DNA from: Flaccisagitta enflata
Lineage: Eukaryota
DNA length: 64,000 bases
Direction: 5' to 3'
Assembly (NCBI GenBank): GCA_965153355.1
Contig: OZ231126.1
Location: 4,030,001 to 4,094,000 of the forward strand
The notes beneath the pieces were generated by a model, which saw only the letters and a program-made list of their open reading frames with translations, was not told the origin of the DNA and searched no databases. Positions 25,410 to 38,794 of this stretch are shown piece by piece (within the stretch, counting starts at the first letter, position 1; each line of letters opens with the position of its first letter). A program made the position numbers and the translations under genes.

Positions 25410-26414
25410 CGGTGCGCCGCATTAAAAAGAGAACACTTGTTGTAAACAGCATTTTGTTGCTCTAAAATTGATTTTCTAAACCAAATATGGATGAATATGT
25501 TGCTTATGCGTTAGTAGTTGATGGATCCACCTTCAAATTGGATGACAAGCTAAATACGCCGTGGCATTAAAGCGTACAAGTTGGCGAGGTAGTTGCTGAT
25601 GAGTCGGCACCAAATTGTAAAGGTAACTATGGCAAAGGGCACTTTGTATTGCTAGTTTTTGCTTAATTATTGGCCTGAGACACAAAAAACTCATGACCAT
25701 TTGAAAGCTCTGCAAAAAATCTCACAAATGCGACGTTGCTGGTCATTGTAGCTTTATTGGTTTAGAAATGGCATAGGTTTACAGACAAAAATCACCAATT
25801 GAAAAAAGTGCTCATTTTAATCTTTTTTAGCAGGCAATTTTACTATTTCCGTTTTTGTCAAGGATGCAGCTTAGGATTGTCTTTACTACTTGATATCCAT
25901 GGGCAAATTAAAGAGCTTCGAATTTTCTTTAAAATGGCGCCAAAAACAAAAATCTAATTCAAAGCGTTTGATGTTTATGTTAGAATAAAGATAACCTACT
26001 GAAATATTGTTGTGAATTTCCAAATTTTTGACAACCTGTCTTCATCCTAATGCTATTTCTAAACGAATAGAGCTATGGGATCCAGCAAGGTCTCATTTGA
26101 AAGATCTTTTGCAGAGCTTCAAAATGGTCATAGATTTTGCTATGTTTTTTTAATTGCTTGGATGTGAAACGCTGACAAACAAGTAGTCCGCTTTTTCATT
26201 TTGCCATTTTGCCAATTTTTCCCCATTCCAATTTTATAGCTTCTTTTCAAAGCGTCACTGCGTCCAAACGAATTGACCGATTTAAACGCGGTTTGCGGCA
26301 AACGCTTTGTCTTTCAAAGAGCTTCAAAATGGTCACTGATAAAGATACAATTCTTTTATTTTAAGCTGCGAAACAATGGTAAACGTACTGTTCTCTTTTT
26401 AATGCGCCGCACTG
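25410..26414. mobile_element. MITE with TA flanks
   Basis: TIR C(G/A)GTGCG(C/G)CGCATTAAAAAGAGAACA. Confidence 0.85.
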
Positions 26415-27006
26415 TATGACCATGTCCCTAGTCTCACTCTTGAACTCATGGGGGCATTCAACGTTAAGTATTTAACAACCAGTTGAATCCTCTTGTCAAT
26501 GACATTGTCAAAATGTTAATGACATTGTCCCAACTTTGGTCAATAATGTTGTCCCAACTCTGGTCAATGATGTTGTCCCAACTCTGGTCAATGACATTGT
26601 CCATGTAAGATGGAACTTGGGACAGCATATTGTTGGGCGTAGGGCCTAAGCAATGTAACCAGGCAAAATGGTAGAGCATATAGCTGTATACACGGCTACC
26701 CTAGTCACATGCGGGTGGGGAGGTGTTGTATTTGAGGTCAGTTTATTTTGGCAGGAGAAGTGAGGTAAAAGACCGCAAAAACCCCCAAAAAGTAAATTGC
26801 GATGGACTGCAAACCGACGGACGGACCGGGTGAGTCTGTTGTGTGCATGCGACTAAAAAATGAGGCACTAAAAATGAGGTACTAGAAATGAGGCACATGA
26901 TGGAAAATGATGCAAGCTGTCAGGTTGAAGGACAACAAAACCTATTGCGGGATCATTATCAAGGCAGATCGAGCTTTATCTTTAGAACCAGATCTTGATT
27001 ATCTAA

Positions 27007-28398
27007 TAGGGGTGGGGATAATGCACCATAGTCAACGGATCAAGCTGCAGGTGAAGAATATGTGCTAACATGATGAGAATAGATGGTATACCAAGTTTCA
27101 GGACCTTTGGAACAGTTTCAGCCTAGCCCTCCACCCCCCCCCCCCCTGCCCCCAAGGCTTCAAAACCCAGAAAAAGCAACTTTTTTGCTATTTTAAGTGT
27201 GTTTTGCCTGCCAAATATGTTAAAAAATGATAGAAACTACTAAAACACATTCTAAAATGTGTAACCTGACATGTGATTACCCATTTGGGCCGTGATACAG
27301 GATTTTTTATGGGTATAGACAGTATTACTGCAAAATGATGATTTTTGCCAGTTTTAAGTAATTTAAGTTATATTGTGATATCATCTGTACAAAAATTTAT
27401 GTTACATGTTCATGGCAAGTATGTCGTTAGGGACAGTCTGTGGGTGGGCAGGGGCAGTAATGCAGGTGGGCTGGGGCTGTCTTGTAGGTGGGCAGGGGCT
27501 GTTATGCTTAAAAATCACAATTTTGGCTAATTTTGCATCATCGTATTATTTTGTATTATGAACCAACCCTAGGATAGATGGGCACACTCCCTTAAAGAGT
27601 CGCTTAGCAAGCAACTTAAACATGAAAAAATGTATAATGATATTGTACATCTCAAAGCAGACACTCTTTTTATTATCACATCAGTTTTGCAATCAAATCT
27701 AAAAAATGTTGCTAAAATGTGTCTGTTGTTTCATCAAAAGCGAATATCATGATCATATTTGAGAGTGGTATGAAAAGGATTCCAAAGGTGAGTGGTATGC
27801 AACCTAGCATAATCACATGTCAGGTTGCACATTTTAGAATGGTTCATAATAGGAAAATTTACAATGATGCAAAATTGGCCAAAATTGTGATTTCTAAGCA
27901 TAACAGCCCTTGCCCACCTACAAGACATCCCCAGCCCACCTGCATTACTGCCCCTGCCCACCCACTGACTGCCCCTAACAACATACTTGCCATAAACATG
28001 TAACATATATTTTTGAACAGATGATATCACAATATAACTTGAAATACTTATAACTGGCAAAAATCATCATTTTGCAGTAAGTCTGGAGGGTCTATACCCA
28101 CAAAAACCCTGTATCACACCCCAAATGGGTAATCACATGTCAGGTTACACATTTTAGAATGTGTTTTAGTAGTTTCCATCATTTTTTAACACATTTGGAA
28201 GGCAAAACACGCTTAAAATATTGCAAAAAAATCGTTTTTTCTGGATTTTGAAGCTCTGGGGGCAGGGGGGGTGGAGGGCTAGGCTGAAACTGTTCCAAAG
28301 GTCCTGAAACTTGGCATACCATCTATTCTCATCATGTTAGCACATATTCTTCACCTGCAGCTTGATCCGTTGACTATGGTGCATTATCCCCACCCCTA
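27007..28398. mobile_element. hAT-type foldback MITE with ~550-bp inverted arms
   Basis: TAGGGG...CCCCTA ends and 8-bp TSD TTATCTAA (26999-27006, 28399-28406). A paralogous empty site lies near 24125. Confidence 0.92.
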
Positions 28399-28779
28399 TT
28401 ATCTAAAGAGGGATCAGTGGTGTTCTTTACTCCATAGCTGAACGCCAAATGCAGGGCCATGGCAGGGTTTTGGCAGATCACCGTGGTAGGGTTTTGAACG
28501 GAGGCAAATCTTTAATTTGTCAATGAAGTTGTCCAGAATCTTGTCAATAACATTATCTCAAATCTTGTCAATGACATTGTCTCGAGTCTTGTTAGTGACA
28601 TCTAAGTCTTTTCAGTGAAGTTGTCCCGAGTCCAATACTCATGATACTCTCTTTTGAATATAAAAGAATTCACACTGATGACATTCCTTAACTATTAATG
28701 AAATCCTCCTTCCTCTTTTTTCTTTACCTGATAAATAAGGTCCCATTATCCACTAATTGGCTTTATCCCCCAACAATGA

Positions 28780-31270
28780 TGTCAATGACAATGTCCCCAC
28801 TCTCGTCAATGACCATGTCCCCAACCCTTGTCAATGACCATGCCCTCAGCCCTCGTCTCTGACAATGTCCCCAACCCTCGTCTATGGTAATGTCCCCAAC
28901 TCTTGTCAATGACAATGTCCCCAACTCTTGTCAATGACAATGTCCCCAACTCTTGTCAATGACAATGTCCCCAACTCTTGTCAATGACAATGTCCCCAAC
29001 TCTTGTCAATGACAATGTCCCCAACTCTTGTCAATGACAATGTCCCCAACTCTTGTCAATGACAATGTCCCCAACTCTTGTCAATGACAATGTCCCCAAC
29101 TCTTGTCAATGACAATGTCCCCAACTCTTGTCAATGACAATGTCCCCAACTCTTGTCAATGACAATGTCCCCAACTCTTGTCAATGACAATGTCCCCAAC
29201 TCTTGTCAATGACAATGTCCCCAACTCTTGTCAATGACAATGTCCCCAACTCTTGTCAATGACCCTGTCCCCAACCCTCGTCAATGACTCTGTCCCCAAC
29301 CCTCCCATCTCTCATCAATGGCAATTTCCCAAATTTTGTCATTAACAATGTCCAAACTCTCGACAATGTCATTGACAATGTCCCAACTCTTGTCAATGTT
29401 TTTGACAATGTCCCTGCTCTCATCAATGCCCATGTCTCCACTCTCATCAACGCTGATATCCCCACTCTCATCAAAGCTGATATCCCCACTTTTAAAACTA
29501 AAATGTCCTCTCTTCAACTAAAACTTCTTTTCTACTAAAATGTCTTCTTTTCAACTAAAATGTCCCTATCAATGACAAGAAAAGGATTCAAGATCCAGAA
29601 GATTATTTTCCTTGTAGGCTGATGACAATGACAATGTCCCCAACTCTCATCCTGACGATGTCCCCAACTCGCATCGATGATTGTCCCCAACTCTCATCGA
29701 TGACAATATCTGCAACTCTCAACGATGACAATATCTGCAACTCTCATCTATGACAATGTCTCCATCTCTCATTGATGACAATATCCCCAACTCTCATCGA
29801 TGACATTGTCCCTAATTCTCATCAATGTCAATGTCCCCAATTCCCACTGATGACAATGTCCCCAACTCTCATCGATGACAATGTCCCCAACTCTCATCGA
29901 TGACAATGTCCCCAACTCTCATCGATGACAATATCCCCAACTCTCATCGATGACAATGTCCCCAACTTTCATCGATGATAATGCCCCCAACTTTCATCGA
30001 TGATAATGCCCCCAACTTTCATCGATGACCATGTCCCCAACCCTTGTCAATGACCATGTCCCCAACCCTCGTCAATGACCATGTCCCCAACCCTCGCCAA
30101 TGACCATGCCCCCAACCCTTGTCAATGACAATGTCCCCAACCCTTGTCTATATTTATGTCAATAACAATGTCCAAACTCTGGTCAATGTCCATGTCATCC
30201 TCTCTTCTCACTCTCATCGTCAATTTCCATGTCATCCTCTTCTAACTCTCACCAACTATGTCCCAACTCTCATCAACGATGATGCCCCAACTCTTACCTA
30301 TGATGATGTCTTAACACTTATCAATGACTGTGTCCTAGCTCTCTTCCATGACAATTTCCCAACTCTCATTTACGATAATGTGCCAGCTCTCACCAACAAT
30401 GTCCCAACTCAACGATTGTGTCCCACCTTTCATTTATGACAATCTCCCAACTCTCATCAATGACAATGTCCCAACCTGGTTCAAGTGACGAAATCCCCAA
30501 CCTGGAAGTACGTCTTTAAGTTATAAAGTTTGTTTCTGAGCTTAACCCGTGAATTTGTTCTGATTGAGAAAGAGGGAGCAGGGTGGCCCTAAAAGAAATA
30601 ATCGGCAGTTTCGCTGTAAAGATAACAATGTTGAGCAGATGTAGTAGATGATCTACAATGTCCCAACTCTCATTAACAGAAATATCCCCATTTCTTATTA
30701 ACAGAAATGTCTCCAACTTTCATCAATGGCAATATCCCCAACTCTTGTAGATGACAATGTCCCTAACTCTCATTGATTACAATGTCCCTAACTCTAATTG
30801 ATTACAATGTCCCTAACTCTCATCAATTTTAGTGTCCCTATCTCTCATTGATGACAATGTCCTTATCTCTCACCAATGACAATATCCCTAACTCTCATCA
30901 ATGACAATGTCTCTAACTCTCATTGATGACAATGTCTCTAACTCTCATAGATGACAATGTCCCTAACTCTCATCGATGCTGATGTCCCTAACTTTCATCG
31001 ATGCTGATGTCCCTAACTCTCATCGATGCTGATGTCCCTAACTCTTAACGATGCTGATGTCCCTAACTCTCATCAATGCTGATGTTCCTAACTCTCATCG
31101 ATGATGTTCCTAACTCTCATCAATGATGTCCTTAAGTCTCATTGACTCTTCTCATCAATTACGATGTCCCTCTCAATGATGACGATGTCCCTAACTCGCA
31201 TCGATGATAATGTTCCCAAACCTTGTCAACTCTTGGCAATGTCTCAACTCTCATCAATGGCAATGTGCCA
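28780..31270. repeat. 25-bp satellite TCTTGTCAATGACAATGTCCCCAAC and its derivatives
   Basis: Perfect copies at ~28895-29260; diverged variants with CTCATCGATGAC and CCCTAACT further right. Confidence 0.95.
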
Positions 31271-31419
31271 ACTACCATAACCAAGTCTCCATCCATCATG
31301 TTGACGCAGTCTGCAACTGCTTTCTTAATCTGTTCAGATTGTCCACTTCCTCACTGGAGTGTTGTGATTGTTCACTCCTTAAATCAATTTTCAATGTTGT
31401 CAAGTGCCAAGGTCGTCCG

Positions 31420-32640
31420 CTTCCTCAAACAAGTGTCAAGGTCATCTGCTTCCCCAAATAAGTGTCAAGGTTATCTGCTTCCTCAATTCAGTGTCAAGGT
31501 TGTCCGCTTCCTTAAATGAGTGTCTAGGTTGTCCGCTTCCTCAAATGAGGGTCAAGGTTGTCCGCTTCCTCAGATGAGAGTCAAGGTTGTCCGCTTCCTG
31601 AGATGAGAGTCAAGGTTGTCCGCTTCCTGAGATGAGAGTCAAGGTTGTCCGCTTCCTGAGATAAGTGTCAAGGTTGTCCGCTTCCTGAGATGAGTGTCAA
31701 GGTTGTCCACCTCCTCAAATGAGTGTCAAGGTTGTCCGCCTCCTCAAATGAGTGTCAAGGTTGTCCGCCTCCTCAAATGAGTGTCAAGGTTGTCCGCTTC
31801 CTCAAATGAGTGTCAAGGTTGTCGGCTTCCTCAAATGAGTGTCAAGGTTGTCGGCTTCCTCAAATGAGTGTCAAGGTTGTCCGCTTCCTCAAATGAGTGT
31901 CAAGGTTGTCCGCTTCCTCAAATGAGTGTCAAGGTTGTCCGCTTCCTCAAATGAGTGTCAAGGTTGTCCGCTTCCTCAAATGAGTGTCAAGGTTGTCCGC
32001 TTCCTCAAATGAGTGTGAAGGTTGTCCGCTGCCTCAAATGAGTGTGAAGGTTGTCGCCTTCCTCAATTGAGTGTCAAGGCTGTCGCCATCCTCAATTGAG
32101 TGTCAAAGCTGTCGCCTTCCTCAATTGAGTGTCAAAGCTGTCGCCTTCCTCAATTGAGTGTCAAGGCTGTCGCCTTCCTCAATTGAGTGTCAAGGCTGTC
32201 GCCTTCCTCAATTGAGTGTCAAGGCTGTCGCCTTCCTCAATTGAGTGTCAAGGCTGTCGCCTTCCTCAATTGAGTGTCAAGGCTGTCGCCTTCCTCAATT
32301 GAGTGTCAAGGCTGTCGCCTTCCTCAATTGAGTGTCAAGGCTGTCGCCTTCCTCAATTGAGTGTCAAGGCTGTCGCCTTCCTCAATTGAGTGTCAAGGCT
32401 GTCGCCTTCCTCAATTGAGTGTCAAGGCTGTCGCCTTCCTCAATTGAGTGTCAAGGTTGTCGCCTTCCTCAATTGAGTGTCAAGGCTGTCGCCTTCCTCA
32501 ATTGAGTGTCAAGGCTGTCGCTTTCATCAATTGAATGTCCATGCTGTCGCCTTCCTCAATTGAGTGTCCAGGTTGTCGCCTTCCTCGAGTGTCAAGGTTG
32601 TCACCTTTTTCAATTGAGTGTCAAGGTTGTCACCTTTCTC
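31420..32640. repeat. 29-bp satellite GAGTGTCAAGGTTGTCCGCTTCCTCAAAT, switching to GAGTGTCAAGGCTGTCGCCTTCCTCAATT near 32050
   Basis: Direct reading. Confidence 0.95.
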
Positions 32641-33324
32641 AAGATTGTTGCCAATTGAGTGGAGCACAAACTGATGGAAGGATAAAATTGGGTACCCACT
32701 CACACACTCACTTGTCTAGGTTGTCCACTTTAGTCAAGTGTCAAGGTTGTCTGCTATAAAAGAGTTCGGGTTCTCTTCCTCCAGTTGTCCTGCTCCAGTT
32801 GTCCTGCTCCAGCCATGCCCAAGGCTGCCCACTTCAGTCAAGGGTTCAAGGTTGTCTGCTTCAGTCAAGTGTCGAGGTTGTCAGCCTCAAGTCGAGTGTT
32901 GGGGGTTGTCCCCCTCAGTCAAGCATTGAGGTTGTCCGCTCAAATAGCCAAGATCCTATCAGAGGTAATGCTCCATCAAATTGTTGTCATATGTGGACAA
33001 AAGCGATTTATGGTTTGTCCCCACGGACATGCAACAAGCAGATTGTCCCTGGTACACGCAACATGGATTGTCCCTAGTAGAAATGTCATGGATTGTACAA
33101 GTGTCATATATTGTCCCTGGAGTGTCATGGTTGTCCCTGAAACAAGGTTCATGGATTGTCCCTGGTACAAGTGTTATTGTCCCTGGGACAAAAATGATTG
33201 TCTATAATCAAGTGTCATGAATTGTCTCTGGAATAAGTGTCCAGGATTCTCTCTAGATCAACCATCATGGATTTTCCCTGGGACAAATGACAAAGTTCCA
33301 TTATTTTTGAGAATACTCACAACT

Positions 33325-36300
33325 TGATGATTTTCAAAAATCATCGAACTTCGATGATTTTCAAAAATCATCGAACTTCGATGATTTTCAAAAATCATCG
33401 AACTTCGATGATTTTTGCAAAATCTGCGCTGAAGCTGCTGCTGTGTTTTCTACTGCCAAATACTGCTCTGCTGCTAAATCCCCTTTTTAAACCCCTGCCT
33501 TATAGCCCCAACCTTCCCTAAATATATTATTATATTAGTTTGCAAAAGAGACTCATGCAGCAGTACATACTTCACTATAGCAGTGTATCTGCAGAGGTGG
33601 TCTGGACCAAGCAGTGTGGCAGAGCAGCAAATCAGCAGCCCAGCAGCCCAGCAGCCAATTAAGTGACTAAAAAGGTTTTCTTAGGAATTATCATCGAAGT
33701 TCGATGATTTTGGACTATAGCAAAAAATCATCGAAGTTTGATCATTTATTTCTATGGATCCTCTTAGGAAAAATCATTGAACTCCAGTAATGTTTGAGAA
33801 TCATCAACTATCAATGATTTTTCCTCAGGAAGGATTCATAGGAAAAAATCATCGAAGTTTGATGATTTTTGAAAATCATCGAAGTTCGATGATTTTTGTA
33901 AATCATCGAAGTTCGATGATTTTTGAAAATCATTGAACTTCGATGATTTTTGAAAATCATTGAACTTCGATGATTTTCAACTTCGATGATTTTTGAAAAT
34001 CATCGAAGTTCAATGATTTTTGATAGATATGTGCTGAAGCGGCTGCTGTGGTTTTTACTGCAAAGTACTGCTCTGCTGCTAAATCCCCTTTTTAAACCCC
34101 TGCCTTATAGCCCCAACCTTCCCTAAATATATTATTATATTAGTTTGCAATGGAGACTCATGCAGCAGTATATACTTCACTAAAGCAGTGTATCTGCAGA
34201 GGTGGTCTGGACCAAGCAGTGTGGCAGAGCAGCAAATCAGCAGCCCAGCAGCCCAGCAGCCAATTAAGTGACTAAAAAGGTTTTCTTAGGAATTATCATC
34301 GAAGTTCGATGATTTTGGACTTTGAGGCTCTATAGCAAAAAAACATCGAAGTTTGATCATTTATTTCTATGGATCCTCTTAGGAAAAATCATTGAACTCC
34401 AGTAATGTTTGAGAATCATCAACTATCAATGATTTTTCCTCAGGAAGGATTCATAGGAAAAAATCATCGAAATTCGATGATTTTTGAAAATCATCGAAGT
34501 TCGATGATTTTTGAAAATCATCGAAGTTCGATGATTTTTGTAAATCATCGAAGTTCGATGCTTTTTGAAAATCATTGAACTTCGATGATTTTTGAAAATC
34601 ATCGAAGTTCGATGATTTTTGATAGATATGTGCTGAAGCGGCTGCTGTGGTTTTTACTGCAAAGTACTGCTCTGCTGCTAAATCCCCTTTTTAAACCCCT
34701 GCCTTATAGCCCCAACCTTCCCTAAATATATTATTATATTAGTTTGCAATGGAGACTCATGCAGCAGTATATACTTCACTATAGCAGTGTATCTGCAGAG
34801 GTGGTCTGGACCAAGCAGTGTGGCAGAGCAGCAGATCAGCAGCCCAGCAGCCCAGCAGCCAATTAAGTGGCTAAAAAGGTTTTCTAAGGAATTATCATCG
34901 AAGTTCGATGATTTTAGACTTCGAGGCTCCATAGAAAAAAATCATCGATCATTTATTTCTATGGATCCTCTTAGGAAAAATCATTGAACTCCAGTAATTT
35001 TTGAGAATCATCAACTATCAATGATTTTTCCTCAGGAAGGATTCATAAGAAAAAATCATCGAAGTTCGATGATTTTCAAAATCATCGAAGTTCGATGATT
35101 TTTGAAAATCATTGTAGTTCGATGATTTTTGAAAATCATCGTAGTTCGATGATTTTTGAAAATCATCGAAGTTCGATGATTTTTGAAAATCATCGAAGTT
35201 CGATGATTTTTGAAAATCATCGAAGTTCGATGATTTTTGAAAATCATCGAAGTTCGATGATTTTTGAAAATCATCGAAGTTCGATGATTTTTGAAAATCA
35301 TCGAAGTTCGATGATTTTTGAAAATCATCGAAGTTCGATGATTTTTGAAAATCATCGAAGTTCGATGATTTTTGATAGATATGTGCTGAAGCGGCTGCTG
35401 TGGTTTTTACTGCAAAGTACTGCTCTGCTGCTAAATCCCCTTTTTAAACCCCTGCCTTATAGCCCCAACCTTCCCTAAATATATTATTATATTAGTTTGC
35501 AATGGAGACTCATGCAGCAGTATATACTTCACTATAGCAGTGTATCTGCAGAGGTGGTCTGGACCAAGCAGTGTGGCAGAGCAGCAGATCAGCAGCCCAG
35601 CAGCCCAGCAGCCAATTAAGTGGCTAAAAAGGTTTTCTAAGGAATTATCATCGAAGTTCGATGATTTTAGACTTCGAGGCTCCATAGCAAAAAATCATCG
35701 AAGTTTGATCATTTATTTGTATGGATCCTTATAAGAAAAATGATTCAGTAATGTTTGAATCATTGACTATCAATGATTTTTCCTCAGGAAGGATTCATAG
35801 CAAAAAATCATCGAAGTTCGATGATCTTTGAGAATCATCGAGTTTCGATGATTTTTAAATATCATCGAGTTTCGATGATTTTTGAAAATCATCGACTTTC
35901 GATGATTTTTCCTTAGAAAGTATCCTTAGCAAAAATCATCGAAGTTCGATGATTTTTGAGAATCATCGAGTTTCGATGATTTTTGAAAATCATCGACTTT
36001 CGATGATTTTTCCTCAGAAAGCACCCTTAGCAAAAATCATTGAAGTTCGATGATTTTTGAGAATCATCGAGTTTCAATGATTTTTGAAAATCATCGACTT
36101 TCGATGATTTTTCCTTAGAAAGTATCCTTAGCAAAAATCATCGAAGTTCGATGATTTTTGAGAATCATCGAGTTTCGATGATTTTTGAAAATCATCGACT
36201 TTCGATGATTTTTCCTCAGAAAGTATCCTTAGAAAAAAATCATTGAAGTTCGATGATTTTTGAGAATCATCGAGTTTCGATGATTTTTTGCTATGGATCC

Positions 36301-36402
36301 TGTAAGGAAAAATCATCGAAACTCGATGATTCTCAAAAATCATCGAAACTCGATGATTTTTAAGAATCATCGAAGTTCGATGATTTTTGAAAATCATCGA
36401 AA
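33325..36402. repeat. 27-bp palindromic repeat (AAAATCATCGAA-G-TTCGATGATTTT core) in higher-order units
   Basis: Four ~600-750-bp units start near 33420, 34021, 34621 and 35373, each a shared ~250-bp block plus a variable number of 27-mers. A 108-bp higher-order repeat spans ~35870-36280. Confidence 0.95.
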
Positions 36403-37391
36403 TGTCGCGGTCACCTCCGTGTCTGGGTAGATAATTTACAAGCTTTTTTATAATATGTTTTGTATGAATGTCGTTTGCTTGGCTATTGTTAGGAAGCGTA
36501 TCCATATGTGAAAACCCTTAGCAGTGACTAAATGAGCGACATTCTTGCACATCCTATTAAGAAGATATAGCAAATTTAATTTTTGGCAATGTGCCTTCAA
36601 AAAATTTCTCAAAATATTTACATTTTTGCGGGAAGTGTTTCTACGGCAACCGACGATCATGGGCAATGAATCATTCTTTTATAAATTTTTATTCCAAATA
36701 TCAGTCCTCTTTATTTATTTTCCTATGATGCTTGCCCCCGTTAACTCAAGTCTAGACGACGTGTTTGGGGTCTATCACCTTTTAATGCCCACCCATGTGT
36801 TCGAACTTGTGTCTGCATGTACCAATTTGTGCTTGCGTTTTTTGAATGCCCGCTTGCATCTTCAAATATGCGTTTACATGGATGAAATTGAGCATGTAAT
36901 TGATGGCGGGTCGTGTGTTTCAAACTATCATCTGCATAAAAGAACCAGCTCACATGCTTGCCTCAGTTAAGTTAAGAGACTGAATAAATTATGTATAATC
37001 GTACTGAGGGTACACGGACGGACCGTCGTTGCAGCGAACTGTTTCCAAGTTTTATTTCATTTTCTAAAAGTTGAAACTTCTATGCGAGCTGTCGATGGCG
37101 ATCAACACACGGTTTTCCCATTAATCTGGTTTCTCATGAGGTAACTGTTTAACCAGGAATCTTTACATCCGGAAAGGCTCGGCCAATGTTAATAAGCAAG
37201 GTGACTTCAAACAAGGCCACCGCTTAAATTGATGGTACGCTGCTAATGTGCGACGTGGATAGTTGAGATTCGTCCGTATTGCACTCATCATCTGATGTAT
37301 TGCACTGCGCACTGCTAGAAACATAAGCCTATTAAGCCTAAGCACGGTCACATCTACAAAAGACCATAATCCTTAAGGGTTTGTGATTTGA

Positions 37392-37799
37392 TTACAGATT
37401 CAATGATAATACAATGAGAGGGGCAGCAAAATCGCTAGCACCCCTACCCACAGTTAAGATGGGTAATGTCACAAAGACAACTAAGGTGGCAGCTGGAAGC
37501 TTATCCCAAAATAATTCCCGCCATTGGGGCATTTTTCGAATTTCCTTCTCATTCCATAGAAAATGATCATAAAAGGGCTAAATCCAACACTTCTGAAAAT
37601 GGCCGATTTTCACTCTAAAAATAGCTGTATCTCTAAAACTAGGGTGAGATTACAAAATCGCCTCGATGGCGGGAATTGTATGGAGATAAGCTATCGGCCA
37701 CCACCTTTGATACCCTCGTGGTATTGATCATTTGAGCTACAGGTAGGGGTGCTAGCGATTTCGACTACCCCTCTCACTGTAATATCATTGCTTCTGTAT
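37392..37799. mobile_element. Old MITE / inverted-repeat element upstream of the PAK coding start
   Basis: Arms CAATGAGAGGGGCAGCAAAATCGCTAGCACCCCTACC and GGTAGGGGTGCTAGCGATTTCGACTACCCCTCTCACTG. Confidence 0.75.
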
Positions 37800-38135
37800 C
37801 TATCTATTCCATTCTATATTTTCACACCCGAGTGGGAGATAGAAGGGACCGTGGAGATAGAACTGTGTGTAGAACTCGCGATCTGCAAACTATTTGTTTA
37901 CGGCGGCGCTGCACGTGCATGCACCGGACTAGGATTGCGTATAGTAAGCGCGTGATGCTGTGCGCGGGATCCCAAAGAGAAAAAAATTTAGGCAAGGAAT
38001 GTTGAAAATTGTAACGAAGTGTCGATTCTTTAGTAGAAAATGTTGAAGAATGTATTCGAGAAGGAGGGGGCGGGGGGGGGGGGTGGGAAGATTTCGATCC
38101 TCGATTTTTCCTCTTTTCCTATGCGAAGTGCTGAT

Positions 38136-38190
<55 letters not shown>

Positions 38191-38794
38191 CTCTCTCTCT
38201 CTCTCTCCTTCTCTCTCTCTCTCTCCTTCTCTCATATCGGGAGGAATTTCTCATTAAGAAGTAGGGGTGAGGGTTGTAAACACGTTAATTCATTCTTCAT
38301 CGCTCTGAACTTTCGAATCTGTACTGCTCGTGGCTCGGGGATAGAACGTGTCTGGACGGTATTATTGGGCCCGCGGTACTCTGGGTCCGCTCCGTTCTCT
38401 TCCGCCAGGAGTAGATTAAGTCCAAATAATTATTTCATTCGTTTTTCTACACCGCAATCATTTCCAAAGCTTACTTCTCTTCTTTTTGACAAGTAAAAAA
38501 AAAACACTCATCTCGAACGAGATATAAACAAGGTAACGTGTGACATCTTTCACTGACTCTGCGTCGAAACTGTGTGACATCAGTCACCATATTCCCGGAT
38601 TAGATTCGGACCCGAAAAGAGAGAAAAACTCGCCGTCAAAAAATAAAGACGCAGAAAAAAGTCTCAAACTGATGAAGGACATACTAAACATACTGAATTA
38701 AAACGTAAGATTGAAAGAAGACGTTATTAACGAGATTTGGAAAGAACCAGTAAAAGACAAATAAAGACAACAAAAAATACCCAAGAGACGAGAT

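Noticed and set aside
33325-36402. CRISPR-like array of palindromic repeats
   Set aside because: The repeats abut each other or are separated by near-identical blocks. There are no unique spacers and no cas genes, and the context is eukaryotic.
36448-37351. Possible decayed zinc-finger or transposase coding sequence
   Set aside because: Only short ORFs with a vague HPCKRIF..H pattern; not supportable without a database search.
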